This document shows, in pieces, positions 59,156 to 64,000 of a stretch of 64,000 nt of DNA. The position numbers and the translations under genes are program-made. A model generated the notes under the pieces. It searched no databases, was not told the origin of the DNA, and was given only the letters and a program-made list of their open reading frames with translations. Source of the DNA: Candidatus Babeliales bacterium (GTDB lineage: Bacteria; Babelota; Babeliae; Babelales; JANWKD01); the NCBI GenBank assembly GCA_963762115.1, contig CAVXJH010000003.1, positions 64,001 through 128,000 on the forward strand, written 5' to 3'. The first letter of the stretch is position 1, and each line of letters starts with the position of its first letter.

Positions 59156-60553
59156 ATGCGTTTGAGCGAGCATTTTTTAAAAAATGCATTACCAGGAATT
59201 TCATTTGTATCTGAAATATTTCCTGATTTTGCACAGTTTTCAACAGATACGAGAACATTGAATCAAGGTGATATATTTATAGCGCTTGAAGGGCCCCATT
59301 TTGATGGTCATAATTTTATCGATCAAGCAGTTAGTTTGGGCGCATCAGGATTATTGATTGCTGAAAACAAAAAAGAATGTTTAAAAAAAGTTGATAAAGC
59401 TGTTTTGAAAAAAATGTTTGTAGCAACAGTTTCTAATACAAAAACTGCTTTAGTACAACTAGCAACAGCATGGCGCGATCAATTTACCTACCCCGTTGTA
59501 GGTATTACTGGTTCAGTTGGAAAAACATCGACTCGAGAACAATTAACGTCGATTCTTGCGTATAATAAAACAAAGTTTGTTGCAACTACCGACAATCAAA
59601 ATAATATCATTGGTGTGGCGCTCAGTGTTCTTAAAATGCGACCAGAACATGAGGTTGCTGTTTTTGAACTTGGTATTAACAAACGTGGTGAAATGTCTCA
59701 ACTTGTTGCGATTGCAAAACCAACAACGGCATTAATCACCGGCATTGGGCATGCCCATATGGAAGGTCTTGGTTCAATTGTTGATATTGCTGCTGAAAAA
59801 AGAGATATTTTTTCACTTTTTAAAGAAGATAATATTGGTATCATTAATGGTGATCAATTACTTCTATCCAATATTGCTTATCGCCATCCGGTGCTAAAAT
59901 TTGGTTCAAAAACTACGAATCAAGTGCAAGCGCGTAAGATTAGGGTTACGAGTGATCATACATCATTTATCCTAAAATTGTATAATGAAAAATATAAAAT
60001 TGATTTAGAATCAAGTCATGCTGGCGCTGTGTTTAACACGTTGGCAGCTATTTCTATGGCTCATCTTTTGAAAGTTTCAACACCAGTAATTTTGCAAGCT
60101 ATTCAGAAAAAACTTGTTGTTGAAAGCAGATTTGAGCAACGAGCACTTAAGGCAGGTAAAGGTCTTATGATTGATGACTGTTATAATGCAAGCCCAGAAA
60201 GTATGAAAGCTGCCTTGCTTGCTTTGCAAAAAATAGAAACAAAAGCACAAAAAATTGCTGTTTTAGGTGATATGCTTGAGCTCGGCGTGAATAGCCCTTT
60301 TTGGCATCGACAATTGGGTAGATTTTTACGAAAAGTACCAACGTTAAAGAAGGTATATTTAGTTGGCAACCTCGTTGAATGGACCAAGAAAACAGTTCCT
60401 GTTGGATTGGCCGTTGAACATGCTGCAACATGGCAAGATGCTTTAGAGATGGTTAAAACAGATTTGAGAGAAGACTCAGTTGTTTTGGTAAAAGGTTCTA
60501 ATGGTATAGGACTCGGTAATTTGGTACAAGCTATGACACAGGAATCTTTATAA
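59156..60553 (+). CDS. murF: UDP-N-acetylmuramoyl-tripeptide--D-Ala-D-Ala ligase
   Basis: DTR, FDGH.F, ITGSVGKTST, DCYNASPES, LGDMLELG, LVKGS. Confidence 0.96.
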   Translation: MRLSEHFLKNALPGISFVSEIFPDFAQFSTDTRTLNQGDIFIALEGPHFDGHNFIDQAVSLGASGLLIAENKKECLKKVDKAVLKKMFVATVSNTKTALVQLATAWRDQFTYPVVGITGSVGKTSTREQLTSILAYNKTKFVATTDNQNNIIGVALSVLKMRPEHEVAVFELGINKRGEMSQLVAIAKPTTALITGIGHAHMEGLGSIVDIAAEKRDIFSLFKEDNIGIINGDQLLLSNIAYRHPVLKFGSKTTNQVQARKIRVTSDHTSFILKLYNEKYKIDLESSHAGAVFNTLAAISMAHLLKVSTPVILQAIQKKLVVESRFEQRALKAGKGLMIDDCYNASPESMKAALLALQKIETKAQKIAVLGDMLELGVNSPFWHRQLGRFLRKVPTLKKVYLVGNLVEWTKKTVPVGLAVEHAATWQDALEMVKTDLREDSVVLVKGSNGIGLGNLVQAMTQESL

Positions 60554-60556
60554 TAT

Positions 60557-61444
60557 ATGACGTATCATAAACCAGTATTAATAAAAGAAGTTATTGAATA
60601 TTTAGCGATTAAACCCCACGGACTTTATCTTGATGTAACGTTTGGTGGCGGTGGGCATACCCGCGCAATTTTGGAAGCTGAACCCACATGCTCGGTAGTT
60701 GCCTGTGATTGGGATTCCGTTGCGCTTGAAAAAAATGGGTATCCTATGCAAGAAAAATTTCCAGGGCGGTTAACACTGCTCTGGGCTAACTTTGCGCAGA
60801 TTGATAAGAAATTAAAAAAAGAAGGTATTGAGCACGTTGACGGTATTTTAGCAGATTTTGGTACCTCACAATATCAATTAACTGAGCGTGCTGGTTTTTC
60901 TTTTTTTCAGGATTCTCCTTTGGATATGCGTATGTCGCCTTCGCATCAAAAAGTAACTGCACAAGAATTGGTTAATAAAGCAACAGAATCTAAATTGTGT
61001 GATATTTTCAGCTATTTAGGAGAAGAATCGCGTGCGCGTCAATTTGCACGTTTGATTGTGGAAGAACGTACAAAAAAACCGATATTAACAACGCGCCAAT
61101 TAGCCGTGCTTATTGAGCGTGTTTCGCCACGTGATAAAAAAAGAACACATCCTGCGACAAAAATTTTTCAAGCTTTGCGCATGTATGTAAATAAGGAATT
61201 AGAGAATATTCATTCTTTTTTTCCGTCAGCATTACGTATTCTAAATCCTGGCGGACGATTACTTTGTATTAGTTTTCATTCATTGGAAGATCGTGAAGTA
61301 AAAGATTTCTTTCGTAATGAGCTCCGCTTAGAAATAATTACTGAAAAAGTAGTTGTTGCAACGCCAGAAGAAGTTCGAGAAAATCCTTCTTCTCGTTCAG
61401 CGAAATTACGTGTTGCTCAAATGAAAAAAAATGAATCTAAATAA
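60557..61444 (+). CDS. rsmH: 16S rRNA m4C1402 methyltransferase
   Basis: HKPVL, D.TFGGGGH, PLDMRM, HPAT..FQALR, ISFHSLEDR, NP.SRSAKLR. Confidence 0.97.
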   Translation: MTYHKPVLIKEVIEYLAIKPHGLYLDVTFGGGGHTRAILEAEPTCSVVACDWDSVALEKNGYPMQEKFPGRLTLLWANFAQIDKKLKKEGIEHVDGILADFGTSQYQLTERAGFSFFQDSPLDMRMSPSHQKVTAQELVNKATESKLCDIFSYLGEESRARQFARLIVEERTKKPILTTRQLAVLIERVSPRDKKRTHPATKIFQALRMYVNKELENIHSFFPSALRILNPGGRLLCISFHSLEDREVKDFFRNELRLEIITEKVVVATPEEVRENPSSRSAKLRVAQMKKNESK

Positions 61445-61445
61445 T

Positions 61446-61474
61446 TTGACAAAATCGATCAGTATCGGTACATT
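61446..61474 (+). promoter_or_regulatory. Candidate sigma70 promoter for spoVG/tRNA-Gln
   Basis: TTGACA-N17-TACATT. Confidence 0.55.
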
Positions 61475-61533
61475 ATGCATAGGTTGCATGACACAGGCAA
61501 CTAAAGTGAGATAGTAACGATCTTTGTAAGGGC

Positions 61534-61824
61534 ATGCAGATGAAAATAACTGAGGTAAAAGTTTATCCAGCAAAAGAAAATGGTAGACTTAAAGCATATG
61601 CAACCGTTGTCTTTGATGACTGTTTTATTGTGAGAGACTTAAAAGTCATTGAAGGCGAAAAGGGTTTGTTTATTTCAATGCCTTCACGTCGACGAAAAGA
61701 TGGTTCATTTCGCGACATAGTTCATCCTCTGAATGCTGATACTCGCAAGATGATTGAAGAATCAATTATCACTGAGTATAACAAAGCAGTCGAATCTGGA
61801 TTCAGTACTGAAGCAGACGAGTAA
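61534..61824 (+). CDS. spoVG: SpoVG family nucleic-acid-binding regulator
   Basis: MKITEVKV, LKAYA.V.FD..F.V..LKVIEG..GLFI.MPSR, FRDI.HP.N..TR. Confidence 0.95.
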   Translation: MQMKITEVKVYPAKENGRLKAYATVVFDDCFIVRDLKVIEGEKGLFISMPSRRRKDGSFRDIVHPLNADTRKMIEESIITEYNKAVESGFSTEADE

Positions 61825-61843
61825 AAAACACTCCTCTTAAATT

Positions 61844-63379
61844 CTAGAAATTTTTTCTTGGGGCGTCGCCAAGTGGTAAGGCACCGGGTTTTGGTCCCGG
61901 CATTCGGAGGTTCGAATCCTTCCGCCCCAGCCATCGTTTATTATCAATCGAATTTATAATGACATCAAACGGTCTTTGTGCGTCGTAGAGCACTTTTTCA
62001 TTTTCAATACGCAAGTTCGATAGTACTAAATTAATTAACTGACGTTTTTCATTCACTTCTGAACTCACAAACCATTCATATGCACGATTGCTAATATCCA
62101 GCACATATTTTGCGGTAGTATAATAATTGTCTTCTGCTTCTCGTAATTGAAGTAAGCGCATGTTAAGATTTTCGCTTTGCTCGCTAAGAGATTGATAGAA
62201 CTTATCATACTGCTCATCAGAAATTTTACCTTTGAGTTTATCAAGGTATAAGTTATCCATCATTTTTGTTGTTATTTTTTGTTCATTGGTGAGCTTGTCA
62301 AATTGTTGGTTATGAAATTTAATTTTATCTTTATGTAATTCATTAAGATTGTCAGTTATTTTTTGTACGGTAGCTTCTGGTAGTTGAAGGCTTTTGAATA
62401 CTTGCCCAAGTTGTTCTGTTATTTCTTCTTCTCGCAACCACTTAGCACCATGCTTTCCTTTATATTGCGTGCAATGATAGTAGGTGAATCCCTTATGTTT
62501 TTCGGGGGTAATTGAACAGCCGCAATGTCCGCAACGCAAAAGACCTCTATACATATAAGGTAGACCAGCATATTTGAAAGGTTTTTTATTGAAGCCATCT
62601 TTTACTTGCTTAACTTCTTCAAAAAGTGTTTTTGAAATAAGAGGCGGATACCGATGTGGATATAATTTTCCCTTTATCAACATTTCACCATGATAAAAAG
62701 AATTGCCAAGGACTTTGGCAAAATAACTCTTGGACCATTGAATGTTAAAGTCAGCTTTCAGTTTTTGGGACAGAGTTTCTATTGAGTATGCCTTTGTTGC
62801 ATAGAGCTCAAAGATTTTTTTAATGATTGCTGAGGTATAATCATCAACTATGATATCTGTGGTGCCATCCTCCTTGGTGATATTCAAATAGCCATACGGT
62901 GCTTTTGAAAGCCATTCCCCTTTGCGTAGTTTTTGCTCTTGAGCGCGTTTTACATTATCGCTGATTGCATCAGAATAATATTTTGCAAGACCAAGGCTGA
63001 TACTAAATTGAAATTTTTCTACGGCAGAAATGCGACTGTTTAGCACTTGACCATCTGATACAAAATGTAGCTCTAGTTTATCCTGAAGTGCTTTTTCATA
63101 AAGTATGGCGACTTTTTTGTCAAAAATATTGCGAGATAAGCGATCGACTTTATCACAGCAGACGGCGATTTTCTCTTTTTGTGCAAGTACAAAATCAATG
63201 ATACCATTAAACTCATCTCGAGGTCCTTCATGCGCACTTTCATCAAAGCTAAATACTTGAAGAATTGGAAAGCCTTTATTTTGGCAATATTTTTCAAGAC
63301 GGGCTATCTGTGCAGGAAGTGAGTTGCCTGCTTCCCTTTGTTCTTCTGTGCTAACACGTGCAATGAGAATTGACTTCAT
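61844..63379 (-). CDS. Large serine recombinase (resolvase + recombinase + Zn-ribbon + coiled coil)
   Basis: ARVST catalytic Ser, DRLSR, PYGY, CGHCG...YYHC; C-terminus overlaps tRNA-Gln in antisense. Confidence 0.95.
   Translation of the reverse strand: MKSILIARVSTEEQREAGNSLPAQIARLEKYCQNKGFPILQVFSFDESAHEGPRDEFNGIIDFVLAQKEKIAVCCDKVDRLSRNIFDKKVAILYEKALQDKLELHFVSDGQVLNSRISAVEKFQFSISLGLAKYYSDAISDNVKRAQEQKLRKGEWLSKAPYGYLNITKEDGTTDIIVDDYTSAIIKKIFELYATKAYSIETLSQKLKADFNIQWSKSYFAKVLGNSFYHGEMLIKGKLYPHRYPPLISKTLFEEVKQVKDGFNKKPFKYAGLPYMYRGLLRCGHCGCSITPEKHKGFTYYHCTQYKGKHGAKWLREEEITEQLGQVFKSLQLPEATVQKITDNLNELHKDKIKFHNQQFDKLTNEQKITTKMMDNLYLDKLKGKISDEQYDKFYQSLSEQSENLNMRLLQLREAEDNYYTTAKYVLDISNRAYEWFVSSEVNEKRQLINLVLSNLRIENEKVLYDAQRPFDVIINSIDNKRWLGRKDSNLRMPGPKPGALPLGDAPRKNF
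61859..61933 (+). tRNA. tRNA-Gln(TTG)
   Basis: TGGGGCG/CGCCCCA acceptor stem, CCGGG-TTTTGGT-CCCGG anticodon arm, GGTTCGAATCC, encoded CCA. Confidence 0.97.
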
Positions 63380-63388
63380 ATTTTATGA

Positions 63389-63577
63389 TTATTCGTTGGT
63401 AGAATGACCTAATTCTTTTTCATACAGCAAGCGGATGCCTTCACAAAGAATGGTTGATCTGTCGGTCTTATTACGATTACGAAGGCGCTTAATAAATATC
63501 TCATTTAAGAGGCTTTCGTCTTTCTCTGACATATAGATTGTAGTTTTTGCTTTTTTTTGAATAGCTGATTCTTGCAT
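63389..63577 (-). CDS. Small ribbon-helix-helix-like DNA-binding protein
   Basis: KTTIYMS strand, helix, RS.IL.EGI.LL helix; 9 nt upstream of the recombinase. Confidence 0.65.
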   Translation of the reverse strand: MQESAIQKKAKTTIYMSEKDESLLNEIFIKRLRNRNKTDRSTILCEGIRLLYEKELGHSTNE

Positions 63578-63628
63578 AGATTTTTCCTAAAGAACTGAAC
63601 AATTTATAACCTTAATATTATAGGTGTC

Positions 63629-63714
63629 ATTCTAGCTATGTTCCAAAAGAAGTCAAGAAGTTAAAATGTTTGAGCGCCTGAGCGTCTTGACTTCTTTCTG
63701 TAAGGTTTTATTAT
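63629..63714. promoter_or_regulatory. Back-to-back divergent promoters within a 13-bp inverted repeat
   Basis: aaagaagtcaaga (63646-63658) / tcttgacttcttt (63685-63697); TTGACT-N16-TAGAAT on the minus strand, TTGACT-N16-TATTAT on the plus strand. Confidence 0.55.
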
Positions 63715-63839
63715 TATAATAAACATGGTTATTTTTTTATAATAATAATTTCTATAAGAAAAATACTTATTGATGATGTTGGATTAATATAATAACAAGC
63801 TCTTTTGAAAATAGTTTATACAAAGCGTAAGGTATCTAT

Positions 63840-64000
63840 ATGAAGAATGAAACTTTAAGTTTTATAGTGATAGTAGTATTATTATTTCTGTTGATGGGGC
63901 CTCGTGGAGAATCAAAAAATTATTGCAGATCTCATGATAGTTTTACCTTTCATTGTCATCATAATGACACCAATACAGATATTTATTTGAGAAGACTGAA
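63840..64000 (+). CDS. Partial ORF with signal peptide (element cargo), runs off the window
   Basis: AAGGT RBS; MKNETLSFIVIVVLLFLLMGPRGES..., open to the last base. Confidence 0.55.
   Translation, partial: MKNETLSFIVIVVLLFLLMGPRGESKNYCRSHDSFTFHCHHNDTNTDIYLRRL

Larger units (their letters stand above)
61934..64000. mobile_element. Left end of an integrative element inserted at tRNA-Gln (continues beyond the window)
   Basis: Recombinase abuts and overlaps the tRNA; small regulator and divergent cargo gene follow; the other att site is not in the window. Confidence 0.7.

Noticed and set aside
61722..61934. 70-aa ORF MAGAEGFEPPNAGTKTRCLTTWRRP
   Set aside because: Typical antisense-tRNA translation artefact overlapping tRNA-Gln and spoVG.
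809..63297. Numerous short ORFs nested in or antisense to long genes (e.g. 3935-4258, 12047-12406, 28073-28435, 46489-46740, 60165-60431)
   Set aside because: They overlap well-supported genes and have no motifs or RBS.

Overview
AT-rich bacterial chromosome segment, standard code 11. The gene content suggests an intracellular protist parasite of the Candidatus Dependentiae (Babeliota/TM6) type; this is inferred from many orphan signal-peptide proteins, ankyrin/WD40/Skp1-like effectors and a stand-alone ATP-dependent ligase. Housekeeping genes (serS, secD, pgsA, plsY, lig, rsmG, gatCA, uvrA, uppP, ftsK, murF, rsmH, spoVG, three tRNAs) alternate with blocks of orphan secreted proteins. Main observations: (1) A candidate polymorphic-toxin locus (31.3-38.5 kb) holds a frameshift-split, signal-peptide-bearing toxin-like gene and two immunity-like genes, bracketed by two paralogous AAA+ ATPases that appear exported or membrane-anchored. 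(2) A ~123-nt structured element with compensatory base changes directly follows the CCA of both tRNA-Leu and tRNA-Met. (3) Integrase-free single-gene cassettes are bounded by duplicated 3' ends of neighbouring genes (three copies at 25.9/27.0/29.8 kb, two copies at 21.0/23.6 kb). (4) A large serine recombinase reads through tRNA-Gln in antisense and marks the left edge of an integrated element. (5) REP-like palindromic elements occur at 18.5 and 55.7 kb. (6) Many orphan proteins share a 'signal peptide | Met-acidic/polar' N-terminal signature. All family assignments come from motif recognition; no database search was run.
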